In this document: positions 1-12,914 of the stretch, piece after piece | How positions within the stretch are numbered: position 1 is the first letter of the stretch | Layout of the letters: each line of letters starts with the position of its first letter | From: Eledone cirrhosa | Taxonomy: Eukaryota | Reading direction: 5' to 3' | Length of the DNA stretch: 64,000 bases | Assembly: GCA_964016885.1 (NCBI GenBank) | Contig: OZ024757.1 | Coordinates: forward strand, 16,678,001-16,742,000 | Position numbers and translations under genes: made by a program | Notes under the pieces: generated by a model | Database searches by the model: none | What the model was told of the DNA's origin: nothing | Seen by the model: the letters and a program-made list of their open reading frames with translations, nothing else

Positions 1-222
1 GGAGAGGAAGGGAGTACAAACTCTTCGTACTCCTGGAGATGAGGGTTGCACATTTTTTCGGGGGTATGTGTTACCCATATGAACTGTCTCCCTCTATTGG
101 GGAAAATCGACTAATTTTTTAAATTGCATTTGTGATAACATTTTACACGTTTTTATTGTATGTAAACTTCCCCCTTTGCATTTGTCCCCTTCTTTTGTGC
201 CCCTGTGGCTAATAAAGAAACA
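1..222 (+). mobile_element. Tx1-like LINE copy 1, 3' UTR only (continues off the window edge), subfamily A
   Basis: Nearly identical to the 3' UTR of the full-length copy (9262-9481). AATAAA at 211, followed directly by (TATC)n. Confidence 0.9.
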
Positions 223-236
223 TATCTATCTATCTC

Positions 237-270
<34 letters not shown>
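223..270. repeat. (TATC)n spacer between Tx1 copies 1 and 2
   Basis: Read directly; one TCTCTC variant unit. Confidence 0.95.
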
Positions 271-271
<1 letters not shown>

Positions 272-642
272 GGTCCGTTTCTTCCGATATCATTTCGGAA
301 GAAGGATCAGGATGGAGAGAGGTGCTCCACCCCAGTCGTTTTTATGAAAGGCGGGTGAAAGTGGCGAGAATGGTCCGTGTGAATGGGCCTTCTCTTTACA
401 TCAGCCTGTAGGTGGAAAAGAGGAAGCAACGAGGGAGCACCCTCTCTCTGTGCTCCTGAGGAGAAAGGGTTGCACACTTTTTTCGGGGGTGTGTGCGACC
501 CCCCAAACGCCCCCTCCCTATTGAGGACTTTATTGTTAATTTTATATTTGTTATTTGTTTTCTTTACTCGCTTTTTATGTAAACTCCCCCCCATTGTACT
601 TGTCCCACTTTTTGATGCCCTGGTGGCAAATAAAAAGAAACA
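271..642 (+). mobile_element. Tx1-like LINE copy 2, severely 5'-truncated (last ~140 bp of ORF2 plus subfamily-B 3' UTR)
   Basis: Matches 3169-3573. Has a 2-bp GA deletion in the coding remnant. Encodes ...VARMVRVNGPSLYISL*. AATAAA at 629. Confidence 0.9.
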
Positions 643-669
643 TGTCTATCTATCTACATATCTATCTAA

Positions 670-3573
670 CTCTCTAGGAACGGTTGACTGGAGCGATCGT
701 CAACAGCAGGTGGTGGGTATCTCTAAAGAGAGAGATTAGAGTAGTCTCGATAGAATTTAGTAAGGTTCTAGCTGCGGATAGGAATAGGAAGGAAAGGGAG
801 CTAATAGATAGAGTAGAAGAGGCAATTAGAAGCGGCGACGTGGCCAGAGTGCTAGCGTCGAGAACGGCTTTGAGCCAGTTTTTCGACGCGAAGCACGAAG
901 GCTGCGTTGTCCGAAGTAAAATACGTGCTCTAGGGAACGAGGGGACCAAAGCTGTTAGCTGGGCCCGCGTGACAGAGGCCAACAGTGGAACTAAATCCAC
1001 CATCCGGTCTTTGCGAGACCTGGATGGACGGGCGATTCTTGAGCCTAAGCAGATGTGTGAGGCCTTTCAAAGGCACTTTGCCCGACTGTTCGGGAGGGGC
1101 GGGGAGCCGGTTGGGAACGTGGACTTCGGTCCATACCTCGACGGCCTGCCGCGCCTCTCGGACAGGGAGGCGAAGTCCTGCGAAGAGCCGATTTCGGCCG
1201 CTGAGATAGAGGACGTGCTGAGCCAATGCGGCAAACGCAAATCCCCGGGTCTCGATGGTCTTCCTTACGAATTATATCTAGCTATGCCGGACTTGTTCCC
1301 CGATCTCCTCGAGGCGGTCTACTGCAACTGGCAACAGAACGGGAGAATTCCCTGTACTGTGACCAAGGGCGTAGTCACGCTAGTGAGGAAGGACGAGAAC
1401 AAGGGGGACGAAATAAGTAACTTCAGGCCCATAACACTGCTAAATACAGAGTTACAGATTTTGGCCAAGGTGCTAGCAAAGAGGTTGGCGCTTGTCGTGG
1501 GCAACCTGGTGGGAGATGCGCAGACATGCGCTATCCCGTCCAGGTCCATCCATGACAACCTCCACCTCATGCGATACATCATAGAGAGGGTTGGGAACGA
1601 ACCCGGCTTTGGTGGGGCTCTGATCAACTTGGATCAATCTAAGGCGTTCGATAGGGTCGACCATGGTTACCTGGATGCGGTGCTAGCGGCGGCAGGCTTC
1701 GGACCCATTTTCAGGGGCTGGATCACTGCTATGCACAGCAGCCGCATCTGCTCTAGGGTCAAGGTGAACGGCTACCTCTCGGAGCCGTTCAAAATCGCGC
1801 GGTCCATCCGACAAGGGTGCCCTCTCTCCTCCCTTCTGTATGTGTTGACTCTCGAGCCACTACTGCGGAAGTTGGAGTTGTTGCAGGGCATCCCTTTGGA
1901 ACCGGGATTGCGGAAAGCGGTGTCGGCCTACGCCGATGACGTGACAGTAATGGTGTCGACGGCCTCCGAAATCGAGGCGGTCGGCACCTTACTGGAGGAG
2001 TACGAAAAGTTCACAGGGGCTAAGCTGAACCGGGACAAGTCGATCGGTTTGCAACTCGGCACGTGGAGGGGCAGACCGATGCCCTCCGATAGCGTCGTCG
2101 GACGCTGGACGGAGGGCCCGGTGAAGTTGCTCGGGGTCTGGTTCGGACCGGACCTCCAGGTGGAGAAAAACTGGGCGGAGGTTACGAACAGGGTGTTTGC
2201 ACTGACCCAGAAGTGGGCCAGTTGCAAACTATCCCTGAAAGGCCGGGCGGAGGTGGCGAACACCTACATAGCGTCCGTCATCTACTACCGCCTGACCGTA
2301 GTGCCCTGCCCAAGGGAAACCCTCACCAAGATGGAGCGCGCGCTCTTCCAATTCCTTTGGAAGAGGCGGGCTCCTATGGTGAGGAGATCCATCTGCTGTC
2401 AACACCCTTCGAAAGGAGGGCTGGGGATGCCGTGGCTAATGATGCGTAAACACGCATTAAGGCTACGGCACCTCTACGTATTCCTCACCGGACAACCGGT
2501 GTGGGCCTCGTTTGTGAGACGAACCTTTCCCAGACTCGTCTCACTCACCGAGCTGCAATCCTGGGTCAAGCAAAGACCGAGAAAACTGGGCGCCTGGCAC
2601 ACTGAGTGTGCCCAGGCGCTCACCGCCCTCTGGCAGGCGGATCCGGTTATCAGTGGAGACTCCACCGCAACATTCTATAGAGGGCTGGTACGCAGCAGGT
2701 GCGACGACGCCCTCGGAGAAGCCCTAGACATGGAGGAGGACGAACTGGCCAGCCTGTTCGGTAGGACATTCAGCCCGGGACCTATGGACAACTTCCAGAA
2801 GTCCCTGGCCTGGCAGTGCTACCGAGGGGCTTTACCCGTTCGAGAAAGGCTCTACAGACACGGGCGCCCGGGTAGGGACCCCGCCAAAAAGATCTGTCCC
2901 AGATGCGTGTGTGACGAGGAAACCGTTGCACACGCATTAGTACACTGCTCGGGCGTAGCCGATCTGTGGGGCTATGTCGAACAACTGCTGTCAAGGGTGG
3001 GACCGATCCGGTTGACCACCGAGTCTATTGTAATGATCAAGCCGCCTCCCCCCTTCAAAGATGAAGCAGAGGCGGTGTTTCTGTGCGTAATAGCCATGGC
3101 GAAAGAGGTTGTATGGTGGACGCGTCTGAAAGGACTGAGGTCGGGCACCTTTCTCTCTGGCCAACAACTGGTCCGTTTCTTCCGATATCATTTCGGAAGA
3201 AGGATCAGGATGGAGAGAGAGGTGCTGCACCCCAGCCGTTTCTATGAAAGATGGGTGAAAGTGGCGAGAATGGCCCGTGTGAATGGGCCTTCACTCTACA
3301 TCAGACTATAGGTGAGGAAGATGAAAGACCAAGGGAGCACCCCTTCTCTGTGCTCCTGAGGAGAAGGGTTGCACACTTTTTTCGGGGGTGTGTGCGACCC
3401 CCCAAGGCGCCTCCTCTCTATTGAGGATTTTGTTAAAAATTTTATTTTTTGTTATATCTTATTTTATTTTTATATTTTGTTATTGCCTCCTCCTTATTGA
3501 GGACGCCTTTTTGTGTAAACTCCCCCCTTTGTACTTGTCCCACTTTTGATGCCCTAGTGGCAAATAAAAGAAA
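670..3573 (+). mobile_element. Tx1-like LINE copy 3, 5'-truncated (lacks ORF1 and APE domain), subfamily B
   Basis: Colinear with ~6600-9481 of copy 4, bounded by (TATC)n on both sides. Confidence 0.93.
684..3311 (+). pseudogene. 5'-truncated but uninterrupted ORF2 (reverse transcriptase + CCHC zinc finger) of copy 3
   Basis: 875-aa open frame with PGLDGL, FRPITLLN, LDQSKAFDRV, RQGCPLS, YADD and CPRC..H..HC. The TTG start is an artefact of truncation. Confidence 0.9.
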
Positions 3574-3639
3574 TATATCTATCTATCTATCTACCTACCT
3601 ATCTATCTCTCTATCTATCTATCTATCTATCTATCTATC
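3574..3639. repeat. (TATC)n spacer between Tx1 copies 3 and 4
   Basis: Read directly; TACC and TCTCTC variant units. Confidence 0.95.
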
Positions 3640-3856
3640 AGTCGTGTGTCACTTCGCGGAGAAGTTTCCGTTAATTTATGTAAGGAAAAAACGTGAGTTT
3701 TTAGTTCAATTTTATATCATTGTGTAACTTGACCACCCGTCTGGACCTTCAGGTGGTGGGTCAACTCATTTTCGCCCCTTCAGGGGCGGAATATCCATTT
3801 AAAAAATTTTTCTCCATCGAATCTTGGAAAAAATATTGTAAAATTTTGATTACGTT

Positions 3857-5773
3857 ATGAACGCTGCGTCCAACGATAATGGTGGTGGAGAGGCGGTAAG
3901 ACTACAAAGCTCGCAGTCAACAACGTCTTCTTCACTAGATACTATAGAGATGGAAAGACAAAATGAAAATAAAAAAACGAATTCACATCCAAACAACACA
4001 AATGACACCAAACAGCTCAATGACAACAAAAATAACAGCAAAACCAATAATGATGATAAAAGCAACAATGATAACAACAACAAAGAAAAAAATAAAGACA
4101 ACGCCAATAACACCAGCATCAAAGACAACAACAACACCAAGGAAAATACGGATGATACCAACATCGGTGACAACAAGAATAACAACAAGAATAACAACAA
4201 TAATGACAACACCACCAATACGGATTCCACAAAGAAACCAAAAATCTCCTTTGCGGAGAAAGTTCAAAAGAAAGAACAATTGATATATCTCGACATAACA
4301 AATGCTGAACACCTTTTAAAGGACGCTAAGAGATATGTCACCTTCGAAAAAAATGGTGCTTTCAGCATCAATTCTCCGGTAGAAATTCGCAAGGAAACTG
4401 CTCTCAAAACGATAGTTTTTAGGACAGTTTCCAATTCTACCCGAAAACCAGTCCAATTGTCACAGAAAGATATTGAACTGGTTTTCAAAGATTCAATGAA
4501 TGATATTGCATTCATTCAAAGAAGCAAACTTTTTGGGAGTATTTCGGTACTGATGAAGGATCAATTGACGGCCCAAAATTACTCTGTGTCGCCAATTGTA
4601 TCCAACCTGTACACCTTTTTCCCTACATACATGGGAAAAAGGACACAAAAGATCAGAATCACAAGTGTCACACCAAAGGTGAACATATGGTGGATACTGT
4701 GCGGCTTCATCAATTTTGATGAAGACAGAATACTGTCAGTAGGCAAGTCCCCCAGAGATGTATTCAATGGGACTAGCATTGAAGTTCTGGTGCAAATGAG
4801 CCCAGAGCGAATAGCTATGATCCCACAGCGTGTACTCCTGGACGGACTTACCTACATAAACCTTTCGGTTGAGGGTAGGCGGCCTTCATGTTACCATTGC
4901 TTTAGCAGGGGTCACCTGAGGGCTTCCTGTCCTAAACTAATGAACCAAAAAAAGGCTCTTCTGCCAACACCCATCAAAACAACACAACCACCAACACCAC
5001 CACTACAACAACAACACCAACACACAAAAATAACCACAACAAACACAGTCCCACCCAACCTCACTCCACCTAAAACCACTGCAAAATCACATACAGACAC
5101 AACAGCTCCCCAAGACATACCCCTCCCCAATCACACAGACGATACAACAGATGAGGCTATCTCGCCATCACCCAGTGAAGACGAGGGAGAACCCCATCGC
5201 TCGAAAAGAAAGAAAAGACATCACAAAAGCAAAAAACCAGCAAACACTACCACAAACATACAACCACCAACACAAACAACAAAAATATCACAAACAAAAC
5301 CCCCACCTCCTGAAAACAAAATACCTACAACAAAACGAAAGCACACACAAGAACTCCAGACAAAAACAAACACAACACAAGAAAATTACACTTACACTTA
5401 CATAAACACTGAAAACAAAACACTAATGGAGACCATTACGAACGACCCTTCGGTTTTCACCGAAGGGAAAACTTTCGCCCACTCTATAAAAAATAGCAAA
5501 AAAATGAACCTAAAACTGATTAGGGTCCCTATACAAACTTATAGGTCCCTAAAAGAAACATTTGAGAAGGATGTGGGGAATTCCTGCGTGAAACCACTCA
5601 ACCGCGTCCTTCTCAAATGCCTCCCCACCCCAGACACCCCCATCCCACCAGACCCCACCCCACCAAACATCTGCGTCCCCACCCCGCCGGAAACCACCAC
5701 CCATCCAGACAACCCCTCCAACACCCCCATGGAAATCGTGCGGCCTGGTCCCCAGGAGGCGAAGGGTGAGTGA
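3857..5773 (+). CDS. ORF1 (Gag-like nucleic-acid-binding protein) of Tx1-like LINE
   Basis: 638 aa. CCHC knuckle CYHCFSRGHLRASC (C-x2-C-x4-H-x4-C). Asn-rich N-terminus, Pro/Thr-rich C-terminus, basic RSKRKKRHHKSKK stretch. Lies directly upstream of ORF2. Confidence 0.88.
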   Translation: MNAASNDNGGGEAVRLQSSQSTTSSSLDTIEMERQNENKKTNSHPNNTNDTKQLNDNKNNSKTNNDDKSNNDNNNKEKNKDNANNTSIKDNNNTKENTDDTNIGDNKNNNKNNNNNDNTTNTDSTKKPKISFAEKVQKKEQLIYLDITNAEHLLKDAKRYVTFEKNGAFSINSPVEIRKETALKTIVFRTVSNSTRKPVQLSQKDIELVFKDSMNDIAFIQRSKLFGSISVLMKDQLTAQNYSVSPIVSNLYTFFPTYMGKRTQKIRITSVTPKVNIWWILCGFINFDEDRILSVGKSPRDVFNGTSIEVLVQMSPERIAMIPQRVLLDGLTYINLSVEGRRPSCYHCFSRGHLRASCPKLMNQKKALLPTPIKTTQPPTPPLQQQHQHTKITTTNTVPPNLTPPKTTAKSHTDTTAPQDIPLPNHTDDTTDEAISPSPSEDEGEPHRSKRKKRHHKSKKPANTTTNIQPPTQTTKISQTKPPPPENKIPTTKRKHTQELQTKTNTTQENYTYTYINTENKTLMETITNDPSVFTEGKTFAHSIKNSKKMNLKLIRVPIQTYRSLKETFEKDVGNSCVKPLNRVLLKCLPTPDTPIPPDPTPPNICVPTPPETTTHPDNPSNTPMEIVRPGPQEAKGE

Positions 5774-5806
5774 TCTCTTTTCCTCTTTTAACTTTTCAGC
5801 ACCAAC

Positions 5807-8800
5807 ATGGCCAATATAAGAGTTGGATGTGTGAACGTACGCGGCCTGGGGATGCCCTGGAAACAGGGCAAACTCTTAAACGACCTCAGGTCGCACAGTT
5901 TGGATGTGGTAGCCATTTGCGAGTCCAGGATCCACGGCGAGCGACAGCTGGCCCCCATCTTCGATGACTTTGAGATCTACGCATCTCTCTGTCAACCGGG
6001 GGGTGGGGGCGGAGTTGCCGTTTTGCTGCGGAAACACCTGGGCCTCGTAACACAGACGGTACATCTGGACCCGGAGGGTCGACTGGTGGTCCTCGACGTT
6101 GACGGTAGTGAAGGTGGAGCGTTCAGGCTGGTGGCCGCATATGCCCCATCCGGGACACCGCGGCCAGACTTCTTCAAACGTCTAGAGACTTTTCTGGGAA
6201 CGTCCCGCTCCTTGCTTTTAGTGGGGGACTGGAATGGAATCCTAGATGCACGTTGGGACTATGTGGGAGCATGTCCCGATAAAGGGGGGTGTAACAGCCT
6301 CAAACAGTTAATCGACCGATTTGACCTGGCCGATAGATATCGACTAGATTTTCCGACTGCGCCACTGTGGACGTGGAGTAATCGTAGCGGAACATCTAGA
6401 TCGTACCTAGATAGGGTTCTAGTTAGAAATAAGGATAGGAACATGTTAAGCTGTCCACAAATGTTCATGGTTGCCTATTCAGATCACAAACTAGTGACCT
6501 GCATGGCCAACCTTGATAGAACCCATAGACAAGGACCCGGCTACTGGAAGCTGAACTTGTCGTTACCGACAAGCAAAGCCTACAGTAGACGGATTAGCAC
6601 TTTAGTTAAACAGCACTTGACAGGGGCCATTGTCAACAACAGATGGTGGTACTCTCTCAAGAGGGCAGTTAGATTAGACTCGATAGTTTTTAGTAAAGAA
6701 TTAGCGTTAGATAGAAATAGAACCGAGAAGGAACTGGTAGATAAAGTAGAAGAGGCTATTAGAAGTGGCAACGTAGCCAGCGTGCTAGCAACGAGAACGG
6801 CCTTGGACCAGTTCTTCGACGCAAAGCACGAGGGCTGCGTTGTCAGAAGCAAAATACGTGCTCTGGGAAACGAGGGAGCCAAAGCTGTTAGCTGGGCCCG
6901 AGTGACGGAGGCAAAAAGTGGCAACAAGTCCACGATTCGGTCTTTGAAGGACCAAAACGGACGCGTGATACGTGAGCCGAAGCAGATGTGTGCGGCTTTT
7001 CAGCGGCACTTTGCTCGGCTGTTCGGGGGGAGCGGCGCGCTGGGAGAGGCTATGGATTTCGGTCCATACCTCGACGGCCTACCGCGACTCTCGGACAGCG
7101 GGGCGAAGTTCTGCGAAAAGCCGATTTCAGCCACTGAGATAGGGGACGCGCTGAGCCAATGCGGCAAACGCAAATCTCCAGGTCTCGACGGTCTACCCTA
7201 CGAATTTTACGTAGCAATGCCGGACTTATTCTCCGGTCTCCTGGAAGCGGTCTACTGCAACTGGCAACAGAACGGGAGAATTCCCAGTTCTGTAACCGGG
7301 GGCGTAGTCACACTAATCAGGAAGGACGAGAATAAGGGGGATGACATAGGCAACTTCCGGCCCATAACTCTGCTAAACACAGAGTTACAGATTTTGGCCA
7401 AGGTGTTGGCAAAGAGGCTGGCGCTTGTCGTCGAGAACCTGGTGGGAGAAGCGCAGACATGCGCGATCCCGACCAGGTCCATACACGACAACCTCCACCT
7501 CATGCGATACATCATAGAGAGGGTAGGGTGTAAACCCGGCTTCGGTGGGGCCCTGATCAACTTGGATCAGTCTAAGGCTTTCGATAGGGTTGACCATCGT
7601 TACCTGGATGCGGTGCTCGAGGCGGCAGGCTTCGGACCCGTGTTCAGGGGCTGGATTGCTGCAATGCACAACAGCAACATCTGCTCAAGGGTCAAGGTGA
7701 ACGGTTACCTCTCGGAGCCGTTCCATATTACGCGATCCATTCGACAGGGATGCCCTCTCTCCTCCCTTCTGTACGTACTGACTCTCGAGCCACTACTGCG
7801 GAAGCTGGAGCTATTGCAGGGCATCCCTCTGGAACCGGGACTGCGGAAAGCGGCGTCGGCCTACGCCGACGACGTGACAGTAATGGTGTCGAGCGCCTCG
7901 CAAATCGAGAAAGTCGGCACCTTACTAAAGGAATACGAAAGTCTCACAGGAGCGAAGCTGAACCGGGACAAGTCCATCGGTTTGCAACTCGGATCGTGGA
8001 GAGGCAGACCGATGCCTTCCGATGGCGTCGTCGGACGCTGGACGGAAGGACCGGTAAAGCTGCTCGGGGTCTGGTTTGGTCCGGACCTCCAGGTGGAGAA
8101 GAACTGGAACGAAGTGACGGCCAAGGTGTTTGCACTCACCCAGAAGTGGGCCGAGTGCAAACTATCCTTGAAAGGTCGAGCGGAGGTGGCGAACACTTTT
8201 ATAGCGTCCGCCATCTACTACCGCTTGACCGTCGTGCCTTGTCCAGCCAAAACGCTCGCCAAAATGGAGCGCGCCCTCTTCCGATTCCTTTGGAAGAGGC
8301 GGGCTCCTTTGGTAAGAAGATCCATCTGCTGCCAACACCCTTCTAACGGAGGGCTGGGGATGCCGTGGTTGACGATGCGCAAACACGCGCTCAGGCTGCG
8401 GCATCTCTACGTATTCCTCACCGGACAACTGGTGTGGGCCCCGTTCGTGAGGCGAGCCTTCCCACGACTCGTCTCACTGACCGAGCTGCAGTCCTGGGTC
8501 AAGCAAAGACCGAGGAAAATGGGCGACTGGCACATCGAATGTGCTCAGGCGCTCACAGCCCTCTGGCAGGCGGACCCGGCGATCAGTGGAGACTCCACTT
8601 CGTCATTCTATAGAGGGTTGGTCCGCAGCAAGTGCGACGACGCGCTCGGTGAAACTCTAGGCGTGGAGGAAGATGAACTGGCCAGTCTGTTCGGTAGGAC
8701 CTTCCGCCCGGGACCGATGGACAACTTCCAAAAGTCCCTGGCCTGGCAGTGCTACCGAGGAGCTCTACCAGTTCGAGACAAGCTCTACAGACATGGGCGC

Positions 8801-9244
8801 CCGGGCAGGGACCCTGCAAAAAAGATCTGTCCGAGGTGCGTGCGAGACGAAGAAACCGTCGCGCACGCATTCATACACTGCCCGGGCGCCACTGACCTGT
8901 GGGGATATGTAGAACGACTATTGTCGCGGGTGGGACCAATCCAGTTGACCACCGAGTCCATTGTCATGATCAAACCGCCACCCTCCTTCAAAAACGAAGG
9001 AGAGGCGGTTTTCCTTTGTGTGATAGCTATGGCGAAAGAGGTTGTATGGTGGACAAGGTTGAAAGGGCTGAGGTCAGACACCTTTCTCTCCGGCCAACAA
9101 CTGATTCTTTTTTTCAAATACCACTTTGGAAGAAGAATCAGGATGGAGAGAGAGGTGCTGTACCCCAGCAAGTTTTATGAAAGGTGGGTGAAAGTGGCGA
9201 GAATGGCCCGAGTGAATGGGCCTTCTCTCTATATCAGCCTGTAG
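5807..9244 (+). CDS. ORF2 polyprotein: APE endonuclease + reverse transcriptase + C-terminal CCHC zinc finger
   Basis: 1145 aa. APE motifs NVRGL, ICES, GDWN, YLDRV, SDH. L1/Tx1-type GPGYWKLN linker. RT motifs DQSKAFD, QGCPLS, YADD. CPRCVRDEETVAHAFIHC zinc finger. Confidence 0.96.
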   Translation: MANIRVGCVNVRGLGMPWKQGKLLNDLRSHSLDVVAICESRIHGERQLAPIFDDFEIYASLCQPGGGGGVAVLLRKHLGLVTQTVHLDPEGRLVVLDVDGSEGGAFRLVAAYAPSGTPRPDFFKRLETFLGTSRSLLLVGDWNGILDARWDYVGACPDKGGCNSLKQLIDRFDLADRYRLDFPTAPLWTWSNRSGTSRSYLDRVLVRNKDRNMLSCPQMFMVAYSDHKLVTCMANLDRTHRQGPGYWKLNLSLPTSKAYSRRISTLVKQHLTGAIVNNRWWYSLKRAVRLDSIVFSKELALDRNRTEKELVDKVEEAIRSGNVASVLATRTALDQFFDAKHEGCVVRSKIRALGNEGAKAVSWARVTEAKSGNKSTIRSLKDQNGRVIREPKQMCAAFQRHFARLFGGSGALGEAMDFGPYLDGLPRLSDSGAKFCEKPISATEIGDALSQCGKRKSPGLDGLPYEFYVAMPDLFSGLLEAVYCNWQQNGRIPSSVTGGVVTLIRKDENKGDDIGNFRPITLLNTELQILAKVLAKRLALVVENLVGEAQTCAIPTRSIHDNLHLMRYIIERVGCKPGFGGALINLDQSKAFDRVDHRYLDAVLEAAGFGPVFRGWIAAMHNSNICSRVKVNGYLSEPFHITRSIRQGCPLSSLLYVLTLEPLLRKLELLQGIPLEPGLRKAASAYADDVTVMVSSASQIEKVGTLLKEYESLTGAKLNRDKSIGLQLGSWRGRPMPSDGVVGRWTEGPVKLLGVWFGPDLQVEKNWNEVTAKVFALTQKWAECKLSLKGRAEVANTFIASAIYYRLTVVPCPAKTLAKMERALFRFLWKRRAPLVRRSICCQHPSNGGLGMPWLTMRKHALRLRHLYVFLTGQLVWAPFVRRAFPRLVSLTELQSWVKQRPRKMGDWHIECAQALTALWQADPAISGDSTSSFYRGLVRSKCDDALGETLGVEEDELASLFGRTFRPGPMDNFQKSLAWQCYRGALPVRDKLYRHGRPGRDPAKKICPRCVRDEETVAHAFIHCPGATDLWGYVERLLSRVGPIQLTTESIVMIKPPPSFKNEGEAVFLCVIAMAKEVVWWTRLKGLRSDTFLSGQQLILFFKYHFGRRIRMEREVLYPSKFYERWVKVARMARVNGPSLYISL

Positions 9245-9833
9245 ATTGAGGAAAAGGAGGAGGAGAGGAAAGGAGTACAAGCTCTTCGTACTCCTGGAGA
9301 TGAGGGTTGCACATTTTTTTCGGGGGTATGTGTTACCCATATAAACTGTCTCCCTCTATTGGGGAAAATCGACTAACTTTCAAATTCCATCTGTGATAAC
9401 ATTTTACACGTTTTTATTGTATGTAAACTTCCCCCTTTGTATTTGTCCCCTTCTTTTGTGCCCCTGTGGCTAATAAAGAAATATATCTATCTATCTACAT
9501 ATCTATATATCTATCACTTTCGCATGAATCTCGATGAGTTTTGAATCCGGACCCGAGAAGAGCCGGAACAAACATCACCACCTCTACCCGCCGACCATCT
9601 AACCACCCCGCCAATCATTACACCAACACAATTCCATTGGCTCTCTTTTCTTTTTACTCACTCTTCGTGTTGTCTTTTGTTTTTTGTTATTTTGACGAAT
9701 GTGATAAACATATATGAATATATTTGAATATATATATATTCCTTTTCTCCGATTATTTGTTGTAATTCTTAACTGTTGACTTTCATGAAGGTTGACACTT
9801 CTGTCTGATAAACACTCATTCACACACACTATA

Positions 9834-11715
<1,882 letters not shown>

Positions 11716-12129
11716 TCGATTTCTACATCTGTTGAAGCACTCTTTCGTTACTCAGCTTTTGTTTGCTGTACAAATACATCTGACGTTTGCTCCAACTCCG
11801 AAGTACTTAACAGTACTCTTAGTCTGCAGAGGGGAGACTAGAGCGGAGGGAAGAGATGGTGGTGTCGGCGGAGGGGGTGAGGTAATGTTCAATGGTAGTG
11901 ATTTTCGTAGTGAAGGAGCAGGGGGTGGAGGAGGAGAGATTAATGGACTGGTGCTCATAGCAAATATTTGTCATAGTCACTAATCTTGTTCAGGTTGCTT
12001 TTGACATATCTGTGTGTGTGTGTGTGTGTGTGCGTGTGTCTGTGTGTGTGTGTGTTTATATATACATATATATATATATATATATCTATATATATATATA
12101 TAAAAAAAGGAAAGATCGACTTTCGTCAA

Positions 12130-12325
12130 ATCGGACCGAGGGAACAATGTTTCCGTTGGTCTATCCAATTGCTAATACTATCTATCGGTCGCAACACCAG
12201 GTAGAAGGAGCAACGTGAAATATAGTGTCTTGCTCAAGGACATAACGCATCGCCTGGTCCAGGAAACGCCCTCACAACCTTACGATTGCGAATCCAATTC
12301 TCTAACCACTCAGCCACACGCCTTC
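12130..12325 (-). mobile_element. tRNA-derived SINE (family 1)
   Basis: Minus strand has A-box-like GTGGCTGAGTGGTTAG and the TGTCCTTGAGCAAGACACT...CACGTTGCTCC core shared with other copies in the window. Confidence 0.7.
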
Positions 12326-12385
12326 ATATATATATATATATATCGTATATTATATATATCATTTATATTATGTATATTTATATAA

Positions 12386-12448
<63 letters not shown>

Positions 12449-12539
12449 ATATATATATCGTTGGCAAATCACTGATGAGGGACTCATTTTATAACATGTT
12501 ATCCATGTGCAACCTGCAGTATTCTTCTCCCCATTTTTT

Positions 12540-12808
<269 letters not shown>

Positions 12809-12880
12809 TACACGTATATATAGTAGACAACTGAAGAGGAGAAATGTCTATCTCTATGTTTGTGTTTCCTTTATTCTCTA

Positions 12881-12914
<34 letters not shown>

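Larger units (their letters stand above)
3640..9481 (+). mobile_element. Full-length, apparently intact Tx1-clade non-LTR retrotransposon (copy 4, subfamily A)
   Basis: 217-bp 5' UTR, ORF1, 33-bp spacer, ORF2, ~237-bp 3' UTR with AATAAA at 9472, then (TATC)n at 9482-9515. Confidence 0.93.

Noticed and set aside
3850-4312. Hydrophobic antisense ORFs that look like membrane proteins
   Set aside because: Antisense shadow of the AAC/AAT-rich N-terminus of ORF1.
930-9340. Short overlapping or antisense ORFs within ORF2, some shared by both copies
   Set aside because: Expected by-products of a GC-rich conserved coding strand; no independent evidence.
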